A stretch of 55,495 nt of DNA, counting the filler, from Bipalium vagum (Eukaryota), in the NCBI GenBank assembly GCA_037834085.1. It is 3 parts of 3 records of this genome, joined end to end, with 100 filler letters (N's around TTAATTAATTAA, not from the genome) between each part and the next. Parts side by side here need not be neighbours in the genome. Positions count along the whole stretch, not along the records: positions 1 to 19,585 come from JBBMKC010272133.1; 2 more parts are not named here. One strand, given 5' to 3'. The notes under the pieces were generated by a model. The model was given only the letters and a program-made list of their open reading frames with translations, did not search any database and had not been told where the DNA came from. This document shows positions 1-12,880 of the stretch, piece after piece. Both the position numbers and the translations under genes were made by a program. Positions within the stretch are counted from its first letter, which is position 1; every line of letters begins with the position of its first letter.

Positions 1-145
1 AAAAATTACTTACTTTTAATGAGCGCGCTAGTTTGATTATTATAACAAATATATAATTATCAAATTTTAAATTAATTTAACTTGAAATATTTTGATTTTT
101 AGATTCAATGCAAAAATACGAAGACTTTTTACTCAACCCAATATA

Positions 146-1325
146 TACTGCTGAAAAAAAAGTCATGTTCACACCCAAATATTACATATATATCATTAGT
201 TTTTTATGATTAATGATTATTTTTATAAAAAATCGATAAAGACTTTGTCTGAACTAGACTATTTTAGATTTTCTAATAAATGACATATAATAAATTAATC
301 ACATAAATTAACTATTGATGAAAGTACAAAAGTGATGGTGATGGAATAAGCTATCGTCAAATTGCGAAAAAACGCAAAGATGCTGTCAGAATATTCACTA
401 GAATTTTGAGGAAAGTACGTGAAACAGGTACTGTGAAGGGCAAAGTTAGAACTGGTTAGACCAATAAAATATTCGATTAATGAACTTTCCTTAATCCGCA
501 CAAGTCTCAAAAATCGGTGTCTAAGATCCGCTGAACTAAAAATGAAAAGGATTCTGTAACAGCAACAATCTTGAGAAATATTCTCCGTAAGTATGAATTG
601 CGTAGCTGTGTGGTTAGCTTTCGCTCTCGACCACTTGTCATGGACGGTAGACCAATGGAAGCTCATTCTTTGGAGTTATGAGAGCTCGTTCAATTTATTT
701 TGTGGAGGTAAATGCATCTATGAACGAAGAAGAAAAAATGAAAAATACGTTCCAGTATATATCAAACCAACAGTAAAATTTTGAGGAGGCTCATTCATGG
801 CGTGGGATTGCAAGTGCTTGGCCAGAGTTGGTCGTCTCTTCAACTGAACTGAGATTATGAATCAGCCATTGAGAAGAGAGTTATTTGGTTGTAATAAAGC
901 ATTTATCTTTCAGCACGACAATGCTCCAAACTGGTTACTGACTTTCTTGCTCGCACATATGTGGAAGGTATAGATTGGCCAAATCAAACCCCAGGCTTAA
1001 ATCCCATTGAGCGCGCCTGTGGAACATTTTCTTTAGGAAGGTACAAAAAAAACCAAACAGTCTAGAGTAACTATTTAATTTGTTAAATAATGCTTTCTGG
1101 CTCACCACTCTAGAGGAAACCGGTAACTTGGTGAAGTCTATGCCACGGCGTGTACGTGCAGTTATTGCATCCAAAGGTTTGAAAACAAAATATTGACGGT
1201 GCATGTGAAATTCAGTTTTAATGTATACTAATATTAAATGTGCTTGAATATTTTTGTATAAAAATAAATAAATATTAAGTATTCTATTATTATTTGGATG
1301 TGGACATGACTTTTTTTCAGCACTG
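146..1325 (+). mobile_element. Degenerate Tc1-family DNA transposon (DD34E type)
   Basis: Imperfect TIRs: TACTGCTGAAAAAAAAGTCATGTTCACACCCAAAT (from 146) and ATTTGGATGTGGACATGACTTTTTTTCAGCACTG (to 1325), both flanked by TA. Broken transposase with FALDHLSWTVDQWKLILWSYESSFNLF, KPTVKF*GGS, FIFQHDNAP and WPNQTPGLNPIERLW. Confidence 0.9.
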
Positions 1326-2329
1326 TATTTGTTTATACAAATACAAACGCAAATTCAAAACACAAAAATGATAAGAAAGGAAATGCGAAGAAGAGGCCTA
1401 TGATAATGGGCATTCAAAAAAGTAATTCGCAGAATGAATGCGCGTAAATATACCTTCGATCTTGTCAATTATAAAGGTAATACTTTTATCCATGCTTTTA
1501 CTTTTACATGTATATAATAGCATTTTAGATATATTTCTGAAAGCAGAATCACTCGAAATTTAAGAGGGTTTAAGAAAGAGAATAATTATGTGAAATCGAT
1601 ACATAAGTACATGTGTACAGATTGTTCAATAACTTTGGATAGCATTCGCCAAAAATTGAAGAATGATTTCACTGCTGACGTCAGCATTATGAAAATTCAC
1701 AGAAATACTAAATCATTCCACTACACGATGAAAAGAATGACCTTAATACCATCTACATGGATAAATGATCACAATCTTTAGGTGACCCCGAAAATATTCC
1801 AATGCTTTCCTTCATATATTATCAATTATTGATGAGAATCACTTTTTTTGGTTTTAATGTATCTGTGAGATGCCAACACGGCCGATCTCACAGAGTTACA
1901 AATGAAAAATTTTTGAGAAAAAATATAATTGAATGTTAAAAATTTGAAATGTGAGGTCAAATCCTGTAATACTAATAATAATGAATTAGTTTTAAATATG
2001 ATTGAGTGATGAGAAGGAATGATGAAGGCGATGTAAATATCATTGATCAAGACGGACTAGGGTTCTCTTGACCTGAATTATTTTAGAGGTCTTTGAAGAG
2101 GTCCACCATCTTTAGTGAAAGAAGAGGTTCAACAGTTCTTCTGTGGTTTATTTTGTTTGGATGGAAGATCGTTATGGAGCATTTTGAGATGACTTTCAAG
2201 GGGTCATTTATCTTACCCACCTTTGTTTCTGTTTCCTTACTTTTTTCACCGACATCGGAGGATGTTCAATTTTTTGTTTAATCAATACAAATATCTTTCA
2301 CAGCGAAAATGATTTTTTATTTTAATCAG

Positions 2330-2588
2330 CGTCCAAAGAGCGAAAAAGATCAAATGCCCCGTGCTGCTGATCCACGGCGTGGACGACGACATAACGCCCG
2401 TGGAGCACAGCTATGCCCTATTCAAGCACATTTCCTTAGAGTTCCTCCTGGAGCCGCTCTTCATTGATGGGGCCGACCACAACAACTGCGAGATCTTTCC
2501 CGTCTACTTTCGCAGGCTGCAGCACCTGATCGATGTCGAGCTGGACCTGTTCCAGCCCCAGTTCGTGGATTCTATGAATTCAAGGTGA
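2330..2588 (+). CDS. ABHD17: Terminal exon of an ABHD17-like alpha/beta hydrolase (depalmitoylase family); upstream exons not identified in the window
   Basis: Acceptor tttaatcag at 2321-2329, then KKIKCPVLLIHGVDDDITPVEHSYALF...EPLFIDGADHNNCE...RLQHLIDVEL*. This matches the ABHD17 C-terminus (PVLVIHGxED...EPLWVEGAGHND) including the catalytic Asp and His. GC-rich codons; AATAAA at about 2664. Confidence 0.82.
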
Positions 2589-5226
2589 ACCGGCTTTATC
2601 TTGCTGTTCCACTGACCGTTCGTCCACTTCACATTTTATTTTTCTGATCACGATTTTTATATCAATAAATATTGGCTGGGTCTGATTTGTTTTGGGGGTC
2701 TACCACTGACCCTTACCGACCTCTTAGAGGTTGGTCTCCTTTGAAAATGTGCAAACTTTTCAAATGCTTTCACTTTATCATCTTACAAGTAAGTGTCAAG
2801 GGTGCGAAGAGTACCTTTAGGTTATCAGGCAGTGAAATTAATTTTTAATATCATTATAATTGCTAATTAAAGAACCGATCTAAGGTAATTTTGTGTTGCA
2901 ACATGAATGGATGTAGAGAAGTATCTTTACAAGGAAGCGACATGGATGGACGCGGGAGAAAAAGTTTGATAAGGGAAATTAGTCGAAGTAGTGTTTGGAA
3001 GAACAGTTTGAATCTCGCAGACGACCTCTAAGACGATGAAGTGTTGTTAATTTTAGAAGAGGAGGTTCCTTCTCCTATTTTCTTGCGTCATCTATCATGA
3101 AGTTAAACCTCTCAAAGCATAGCAGGAAACATATAGGATAGGAGAACAGAGGAATATTCGTCCAGAAACGACCTAAACCGACTTAAGGACTTGAAGATAA
3201 AGCTTAGTAGTTACTTTAATCAAGTCAATTAATGTTTCGGAGCTCCTGTTTGTCTATTGACGGCAATACTCAATTTGGAAAGGTAGAACTTTTTAGGGTT
3301 TGAAAATTGTGATTTGACCTGTTGGCAGTGCTGCCTTTAACGAGTGTCGCCATTTTCTTCAAAACACTCCCTGATTTGTCATTAAACATATTGATTATAC
3401 AGCTGTAGTCAACGAACGTTATTGATTGAACAACGAAACGAAACGAGACTATACTGACTGTTAAAAGTAATTTTAGAAGAGCGCGTCCTTTGATCGTGCT
3501 TTCAACACGCTTCAGTGTAAAACTGCCGCCACACAATGAGAACTCTACCACCATCCGATCTCCGAGAAACTTTGTCAAAGGAAAATTAACATGAACGAAT
3601 TTTTAAAAAAACTAACACGGTACTTCATGCAGAGTGTCAAGAAACAAACTCAACGCTCGATTTTACAACATCAATGTAGATTTACAAAATGTCCGCCCAC
3701 CAAATAGTCTTGCTCTATACTTCCTGAGAATTGTAAGTGTAAAAACGGGGTTAATGAGCTCTGTTTTAGAATTACTTCTGAAAAACAAGCTGAGTTGACC
3801 AATCCAATCGTTCAATGAGGAAGAGTATCAGTGATACTTATTTATTTGTAATTCATTTAGGTCTGCTGGACAAAAGTGAACAATGATAACGATAACCAGC
3901 AATAAGCTGAACCAAAGTTAATCTTAACAACCGAACTCGAGTCGAGCTCGTTACGTTTAGTGGGTCTAGTAATCAGTTCAAGCACAAAAGTTTCTTTCTC
4001 AAAGACAATTACCTTTGATATGCGTGCATACAGATGAACACATTTAACTCTTAAAAAAGATAACGCTACAAAATAGCGACAGTCTCTTGAGTTTGGCGTT
4101 AAGCGTGTTTGACTGTGGTGTGCAGCCAATGCAAAATCGATGAGTCAAAACAAAAATCAAATTTTGAATCAGTTTTACAAAAGTATATAACCGAATATTA
4201 AAGAAACCAGGCGAAATGTAAAATCGATTTCGATCAGTATCAGCATTTGATATCTTTGGCTTACCATTTTCCACAATCGGTAAACTGTCGACCAGAACAA
4301 ATGTCAATAAACTGTCAGTGCGGAATGTCAAATTGGAATTATTGACGAATGACGAACACAATCGACATAATGATCCAAGTAATGTTATTAATCAATTGAG
4401 ATAATTGAAGGAAAATGAAAGGGACAACAATGAGATTAACGAAATAATGACATCCCGACGTTCCAACAAGGTCATCCCCCCCCCGGGCTGTCAGGCAGCC
4501 AAACGATCTCTCTGGAATGGTGGAGCTCCTTTAGCAAAAGAAGAAGGATGTTGTTTCAGCATAACAACGAATGACTTCGAAAGTTCTAACGCTTTCTCAC
4601 ACAACATTTGACATTTTGTCTTGCTCGCAAATTTCCTCAGTAACTTTTTCTAACACCGCATTGCAATGCACAAATCTTGAGATACAATAATTTTATTCTC
4701 CGGAGACGTCTACAGGGATCTCCTCCCTTTATATACGAACCTCTAACAACCAGTTGAAAGATTGGAAACTTTATTATTCTTATTTTATAAATCTTTTACT
4801 TTACTATTATCATTCTCAGACCCCGGGATTCGTCTTTACCATATATTCATCATCCCTTACCTTAATCTTTTCGGCCAGTGCTCTTGGTAACCCAACAATA
4901 AGGTTAATAATAATGTTAAAAATAAGAGAGAAAATTATTAAATGATTGTCCACTTATCATTCCTGATTGGTAAAATTGGTGCTCGGCTCTTAACTGTGAG
5001 AGAGCTTTGATTCTTATTAACTTTTAATGAAATTGATCTTACAATTCTCTTGGGGAGTCGTGACTCGGGGATCATGGCCCTCTAGGAAATTTTAAGAAGC
5101 CATGGGACAGAATTGAGACTTGATGTATTTAAGGAAACGCAACCAAGTCACAGTTTGAAATGCAAGTAAATGTCAACGATAAGAAGAAAAGCAACTTCTT
5201 TGGTCACATTAGGTTAGATGACATCT

Positions 5227-6213
5227 CTAACACTTCCCAATTGTTAGGACAAACATTCCTCCATTGTGATCAAAGAGAAGGCAAAGATCCACATTGACGG
5301 AAAAGGATATGCATCTTTCGAAACGGAGGCAGAGGAGAGCACAGGAAGTTGAGCTGACACTGAACAGTTGGAAATGCTCGACATTTTCATAGGGTTGATA
5401 GACTCCGTGTTTGCGATCTGCAAAGGTAGAAAGTTTCAAATATGATTTGGCTAGGCCGCCAGCAAAATATGCTTACACTGTGCACAATCTGCCTTGGTGA
5501 AATTATGCCCATATATCTCAATTTCGCAAAGCTGGATTGCCTCGTCCTCAAAAGCTTTCGTTACGACGATGGTCCTGGCTACCTGAAGTTTCGGAAATAA
5601 ATTATCAAGAAAATAATGAATCTTTGCCAGTCGGGTAAATGCAAATTCAATATTGGTCTTCGAAGCCGGAAGAGGACCCAGATAGTAGTGAATCTTGTAA
5701 AATATCTTCGACATAGAGAAATTCAATGCTCTTTCATAAGAGGCCAGAAAGGTCAGCTTGCTAGTTCTCTGTCCTAATAAAAAGATTGTATGTTTTCTTT
5801 ACATTAAGTGCATCCCTGTGAAAATTAAAACGTTAGTCTTACGGCAGCAATCCGTCCTGTCATACAGTTTGATTTTAGTTATGACAGAAACTGCGTCCAG
5901 AACTACCAACCACCACTTTTCCATATCCTTACACCGGCTGTGGTAGCAGGACACTTGAAAAATCTTCTTGATAAACAAAAACATTAAACAAAAGAGAACA
6001 AACTATTCGACATTCTCCCATCAGTATTGCCATCGACAGCTTTTGGATGGTAGTACTTGTGGACCGAATTCTTTGAGTTGGTCATCCTGTTTCTTGAAAT
6101 CAACGAGTCTCAAATAAGGTGAGAATAAACTTAAGTATCAGCAAATTGTAGTACATCTTACCTGTCCACGAGAATAAGGGTTTTGCTAAGATAATTAGGA
6201 AAACGATGTTCAT
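5227..6213 (-). CDS. Secreted F-type lectin (fucolectin/FTP) domain + PAN/apple domain protein
   Basis: Phase-consistent exons: 6213-6162 (signal-peptide-like MNIVFLIILAKPLFSWT), 6108-6004 (KAVDGNTDG), 5953-5843 (SCYHS...WWLVVLD...YDRTDCC), 5773-5477 (RQR...LCEIEIYG; may contain a 45-nt intron at 5627-5583) and 5417-5227 (SCALLCLRFERCISFSVNVDLCLL, PAN-like Cys pattern). The F-lectin H...RxDxxxxR motif is rebuilt across a splice junction. The exact 3' end is less certain. Confidence 0.88.
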
Positions 6214-7299
6214 CCTGGTCTTTAACGTACCAAAATTTTTGAATTTGAGACAAAACATTTCCCTCTTATTCTTTCTGCAGATGAAGAAAGTTCACATTCT
6301 TCTATTGGATAAGCTAGAGCCATTCCCCAGCGCCGGTATCAGGTAAGTGACACATTTGGTACTGTTTCCTCACCTGGTCTCTTCACGTGCATCATTGTCC
6401 TCATTTTACACAGGAGCTCTTAGGCTAAGTGTGTTCTGATAAAGAATAACGTTAAAACTCAAATTGCTGTAGTCATATCAACCCCTAAATACCCACGACT
6501 TGTTGTGCCTTATGTCTTCAGAACAAAAACAATTTTCTTTTCTTAAAGAAGCTTTTTGATAATTCACAACAGAACAAGTTTAAAAGTGGAAAATGTTAAC
6601 CAAATCTTGCGCTCGATCTGACTCCAAAGATCCAGTGGTTGTCTGCGCAACGCAGAACAATGAACAGTTCTAAACCGAAACCAAATAAAGTCTTTCTTCG
6701 CTCTGATGCTAATCCTAATTTTCGAAATGCTGAACAACAAGACAGGTCCATGAATTTCTCGGTCTACCAGCTGATTCTTAAATTTTCGAATGCAGTAATG
6801 GCATGAAAATGGAACTTGGAATTCAAACCAATATGACGCAGATGACTGAAATGAACACCAATGCAATGGAAATGTAGTTCTTGGTAATCGTTCAAAAAAA
6901 GTTTCCATCAAAGATCCCCCGGGCCCGCTGTGATCTCTGTCGATCACTAACAATTTACATCTCACCTGAATCTCCTTCTCAAATCTAAAGAAAAACCTGG
7001 GATTAAAAGATCATTTTATCAATGGGAAATTGTTAATCACTGTATGAAATCTTTATTCTTTTCAACGTACCGAAAAATCAATCAACCAATCGGTTACCCT
7101 TTAAGTCAATAACAGTGAAACAAAATTAAAAGTCACCTTCTCACCTAAATGGAATAATTAGTCAATAGTGTCCTCCCATCAATAAGCTGCAAATCACTCC
7201 CGACATTTATTATTATGTTTACTGACAGGCCACTAAGCCAGACAGCTTTGAGTTTCTTTAACACGGCTCCCAGCGCCACTTCATTCGCCAATCCCAACA

Positions 7300-7562
7300 G
7301 TGGCTAATGCTGCCTGAAAATCAGTCAACCGAAAACGTAATGGATTCAAAGCTTCAACTAACCGCCCTCGCCAGCCAGTCCACCACGCCTCTCTAGAGCA
7401 GGCAAGCATGAAGAAAACCCATTAGTGCACTGACGGAAAGTTAAGCCTCTCTAATGTCAAAAATGAAGGAGCCCATTAGTGCATCGATTAATGACAAGTG
7501 TCCTTTGAGGCAAAACGGCAAAGGTCCATTAGGCCATGATTAAAATAATAAGGCCCATTAAG
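7300..7562. promoter_or_regulatory. Candidate enhancer with clustered homeodomain-type TAATGG/CCATTA sites
   Basis: CCCATTAGTGCA occurs exactly twice (7418-7429, 7472-7483). CCATTAG at 7526, CCCATTA at 7554, TAATGG at about 7338 and further TAATG cores lie in a GC-richer non-coding island. Confidence 0.4.
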
Positions 7563-7664
7563 GGGGAAAAGGGACTTAACTGGATTACTTAAATGGGAAA
7601 GTTTTCCTGTCAGAAATTGTTTTATTGCTCGTGTTATTATTCGCAATTAATTTGTCTTTTGATA

Positions 7665-7785
7665 TTGATATTATTACTATCAATTATAATTATAATAATT
7701 ATTATTATATATTATTATTATTATTATGATTGTTTATTTATTATTATTAATTATTATGATAATTTTTTTATTCATTTTATTATTT
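7665..7785. repeat. Imperfect (ATT)n microsatellite
   Basis: Runs of attattatt with interruptions. Confidence 0.8.
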
Positions 7786-7989
7786 CCCCAATTTGGGATT
7801 AATCACAAAACTCTTGTGAAACATGTTTTTATCTTTCCTCCTGCCGTTTTTTCTTTTTACTAAAGTATTCCTTAAAACGATTTTTAATAACTCTGAGAAA
7901 ACATTAACAGTCCAACAACATAGGAACCACACAAAAAGAATGAAATTTCATATCTTCGGTGGACTGACCGGGAATAATTAACAAAGAAC

Positions 7990-8250
7990 TTCTGACAATA
8001 AATTCTCAACGTTTCTGTGCACAATTGGATATTCAGAAAGCAGATCTTAAAGAGAAGCGCACAGAGTTCGTCCAATAGAAATCAGGTGATATTTCACAAA
8101 GATCTTCCAAGGCCACACGAGTCGACTCTGAGTCTTAATATATTGAATGACTTTGTGTGGGATCGATTTTTACACGCTTTATATTCTCCAGACATGCCAC
8201 CTTATTATTATTTGTCTCGATCAATGCAGAACTATTTCCATTGAAAACAG
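7990..8250 (+). mobile_element. Mariner transposase C-terminal remnant
   Basis: NRNQVIFHKDLPRPH...WDRFLHALYSPDMPPYYYLSRSMQN is a decayed HDNARPH / HPPYSPDLAPSDYYLFRS. Confidence 0.8.
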
Positions 8251-8349
8251 TTCGAGTCTTTTGAAACTTATACAATGTAATGTATTAGTTATACTAATCA
8301 AATTTCAAGCGTTCAATGAAGTTGACATTATGAAAACATTTTGAAAACC

Positions 8350-9013
8350 ATTGTGCACTTTTTTCAAGGTTATCATATAACATCCATTTTCATCGAATGC
8401 AATAATTCGCGATAAAAATGATTCAAATTTATTTCTTGGAATTAAATAAAAGCAATTTTGATATCTCTGAATTTTTGAATTTCATTAAGGTGAGGCATCC
8501 ATTTATCCATCCATTTACTTTTTCAATTGCTTTCAGCTTACTTGAAACATTTGCTTAGGATATATTTAACTCTTCTGCAGTCTCTCAAACTGTAATTTGA
8601 GTATTTGATTCAACCAACTGCTTCAATTGATCATCATTCACCTTAGAATTGGGGCTATCGCGATCCTGATTTTCAATACTTATATCACCATCGGAAAATC
8701 TTTGGAACCAAAAGCCAGTAGTGCTTTCCGAAACCGAGCCTTCTCCCCATGCTTGGTTAATAATTCGTGTTGCTTCTGTTGCATTATGGCCGCGTTCATA
8801 TTCATGAAGCATAATTACTCAAAATTCAAGTCTCCATTACTTAATTTCAGCTCCTGAGATTCAAAAAATATAAGAGATGTAAATAGACAGTTACAATTAT
8901 ATAATAGAGAGTTTAAAAATCATCGATTGGATATATTACATTAGACAACTCAAACAATTTTTTTTAATAAAACTATGCATAAAAGATCGGCAATTTCATT
9001 TGTAACAACCTAA
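8350..9013 (-). mobile_element. Mariner 5' fragment (TIR + HTH region)
   Basis: Minus-strand TIR TA|TTAGGTTGTTACAAATGAAATTGCCG starting at 9013. ORF MLHEYERGHNATEATRIINQAWGEGSVSESTTGFWFQRFSDGD is a mariner HTH. Confidence 0.85.
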
Positions 9014-11559
9014 TATTAATTTCTACTATTTTAGATCCTAATGCCCCGAGTGTTTGGTAGTTTGACTGGATTCACGACCCTCCGACCAAGTTCGGATTCG
9101 GCTTCGACCAGTAAAATCAGGATCTTTGTTTCTTTGCTCCGTCATTTCCTCTGATAGAGACTTCTGGTGCGAAGGGACTTTGACCTCAATAATTAGGTCT
9201 CTTTTAAGCCTCCTGTTGTCCAATTGTATATCAGGAATTAAGTTTTGACCTGAAAATTTCCTGTCCTTTCAACGTGCATTTATCATTCTTTTCTAAATGT
9301 CAAAAGCAAATTAACTAGAATATCGCATGGTACCATGGCCATTATGTAGTCTCATCCACAGAGGGCGTGTGAGGCAGTTTCTTCTTTCTCATAAGAACTT
9401 CAAAAACGAAAAAAAGCATTATAAAATAAACTCTTTTTGTATTGAATGACAGTCCTCACAGGCTTGAGAAGAATGTCTTTTTTCGCAGGTTAGGTTATGT
9501 AACCTAATTGTATCAATCTTTGGTTCGATAACGCTAAGAAAATATTAATTACATTCCGTGATTTTTTTCAATTTTCTTCATTATTTTCTCTGAAGAACCA
9601 AACGAAGGAGCAACGGAAATGAGTGGTACCTAAAAATCCATAACAATATCCGACTTGTTCTTATCTTATATAGGATGGTGAGAATTACTTGTCATAGAGA
9701 TTGAAGAAATTGAACGAGTCTCCATGGGTAACCATAACCCTGCAACATCAGCCTTCCTTTGGAGAACGGAAATACCATTACTGAAAACGTAGGAAATTTC
9801 ATTGTGTTACGCACTGAGAAATATCAATTTCCGTTTTTATTCTCTTTTGTCTCTTCACGGAAACGTGAGGCAATTACACATGCAGTTTGTAAGGCACACG
9901 AATGTTGCAGAGATGAAACCAGGGAATGGAGGTAATGCAAAATTGCTGCTGTAAAATGGGTAAAAATGAAATTAAGACCGAAACTGTTAAATTAAATAAA
10001 TTAATTAAAAAAAACCAAAATAAGAGAACGTGAAACTCCTAAAGATTTTTGTCCAGATAGAAATAAGTAAACAAAAAGTGTCTGGTTACTCCGAAGAATC
10101 AGAAAGGCTTGCAAGCACAATGGATGTGTGTCATAAACGTTTACCAAAAGGGTACGAAACCGGATTCAAATTAGACTGAGAATTCAATTTTGTGCTTCAT
10201 ACTTTCCTAAGTGTGTTCTTTAATTTTCTGATTGAAGGAAAGGTTTGAAAGGTATTACTGAAGAATCAAATCACTTTTCAAATAAGAAATAACTTTCGGA
10301 ATCCAAAGAGATACTTCTACTCTCAGTGATGTTCTTTACAAGAAGCAATCTAAAATTGCTGAGAAGCGTGACTAAAATGTTAGTATGTAAAATGTTTAAC
10401 GGGACCAAAGGCCACGACTTTAATGTTTACAGTGTAAGTAGTGTGTAAATGACAACAAGGTTACCAAAATTAATTTACGAATTGTGGTTTTTGGGACAAA
10501 GACTTTTATTAATCCGGTGTCTAAAGATTTCTGAAACTCACGCGACCCTTTTATGTATGTACCATTTTCAAAACAAAATCATTTTAAAAAAATTATTATT
10601 AAATTCGCAGTGCTGATCAATATATTAAATTGAAATCAGTTTTCCACAATTTCAAAACACTGAAAATTATTATTAAATCATTAATGGTCAATATAGGAAT
10701 AAAATCTATTTTTAAAATATTCACAATAATAATAATAATAATTGAAAATATTAAAGTGTTGAGCAAAACTTATTCGACCCGTTGAAAATTGTGGGCAGCT
10801 GATTTACTTTATATTACACAACAGATGACCCTGAAGATTATTCGCTCTTCTCTTCACCCTTATCTTCACCCTTGCTTTCAAACTTGTCTTTCGAACTTTA
10901 CCTGCATTTAGAAACTTTAATTTAACCTTAAAATATTTAACGAATATGTGAAGGAGAACCGTGGTGAAGTAATAATACCAATCTAATCATTTGTAAACAT
11001 TGTTAAAGTTTTTAATAAATATGAAAATATTCGTAACAGAAAAAGTTGTTTTAAAAATCAGAGAAATCTATTTTTAATCACCATAATATCACATTCTTTG
11101 AAGTTAAATTGTATGGCAGCTTTACACGAAAGGATAGGCAGATTAATCAATAGCCTATCGCAAGATTGCTGAAATTTTGCAGATTTCACTTGGGGTAATA
11201 TCAAAGTGGATAGAGTAATAGAAGTAACATGAAAGATTGTGGAAGGAAACAAAACTTACAATAAGAGAAGTTCGCCTTTTTTGCTGAACATACGAGAACA
11301 CCATTGTACATCTTCAGTCAGTTAAAACGTTATTGAAAGTAAAATTGGGAAATCGGTAACTGTCAAAACTGAGAAATAAGAAATGGTTCGAAAGATTGAA
11401 TTCTTTATTAACAAAAGGACAAGAAAGACTGAGACTTAACTTTGCAAGGCATTTGTCAATAAAGGTGCATCGTCTGGGGACAATGTAACTTTTATAGAAG
11501 AAACAAGAATTTCCATTCAAAATGACACAAACACCGACAGATTTTGAGAAATTTTTTAC

Positions 11560-12880
11560 GACTACTTCCCTTAAATATCTTACTTATTTTATGGGAAGTA
11601 TCCTTTTAACCAGGAACACGGTAGATACGTTTTCGTAATACTGCTGAGAGATGCGACTCAGACTGGTACATACAAATTTTAGACAAACATGTTCGTCTAC
11701 CAATTGATTTTTGTTTTTGGTAACCCTAATTGGATCTTGCATAATGAAAGAGCTCCTTTCCATCGTAATAAAGTTTTCTTTCCAGGGAATACTCTTTATA
11801 TTTTATTTTCAATTCGGAACAAGAAAAAGCCCTATGGAGCCAAATCAGAACTGTGTGGTGGATGTGAGAGGACAGCTTGCACAAATGTGCTGACGCATTA
11901 TCATAATGAAAAAAAAATGTGACGATGTTTTCCCTGGGCGTTATTCTGCAGCTTGAAGTTTTCGCAAAACGTATATGTAGTACGTACCAGTACCTGTCCA
12001 CTCTCCATCTAGAAAGTCTGTATTCCTTAAGATTCAAAAAATAGGTGCCATACCATTCTTCATTGATTGTTGATCTTTGAGTTTGATCTTTTTGGTAACC
12101 CTTGATTAGACCGAATGTTACTCTCGGATCGTATTGGTACATTTATGTCTCATGACCAGTTAATACTCTGCTATAAAAATATTCGAGGTCATAATCAAAT
12201 CTGTTGATGAACTGATTCTTGTTGTGTGTTCTTTGCATTCTGTGTTCTTTGCGCAATGTTTTTGGCAGAAAGGTTGCACATCCTTTTTAAAATTTGTTGT
12301 AAATGAGTTGAAGACAAAAATGAAACCACAAAGTGAGTTTGGAATTTAGAACGTGGCTGAATGAAATAGTGACTTGAAGTGGTCAAAAAGATTTTAAAAT
12401 ATGATTTCGGAACCTGTCTTAGGTTGGAGAAGGTTGTTTACCAGTCATGACCAATATTTTTCATTCAATTTTTTTTATTCAATTTTTTCCTTAACTATGT
12501 GCAAAACATAAACCAGTCTATTATAAACAACCAATTAGGTTCGATGAACTTTTCTCATCTTTTGTTGAGTTTAAAAATTCATCGTTTCCAGATGGATTTG
12601 TGTTTATTGACGAAAAATTACCTATTGTACGATCTGAACGTCTCGTCTGAATGAACCATATACTTCGAGAGAAAAGTAAATGAAATTCTGAAAATCAGAA
12701 GCAATATCGGATCTGTCCTTATCTCATCTAAGTAAATAAATATCTGATGACGCGAGGCCAGGTAAGTGTGATTGGTTTAGCGCTCCTTTTCAAAACTGCA
12801 TTATATATTGACGGATCATTAACCTTTTGTGTGACTTTGCATTGTCAAAATGAGACACACTTATTTGGGGTAAGGAGTTC
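11560..12880 (-). mobile_element. Degenerate mariner element (ends approximate)
   Basis: Remnants MYQYDP, FFFHYDNASAH and a frameshifted PHPPHSSDLAP, in mariner order. Confidence 0.7.

Noticed and set aside
1400-2050. Possible IS630/Tc1-like remnant (VSIMKIHR...HYTMKRMTLIP)
   Set aside because: Suggestive only; no TIRs or catalytic motif found.
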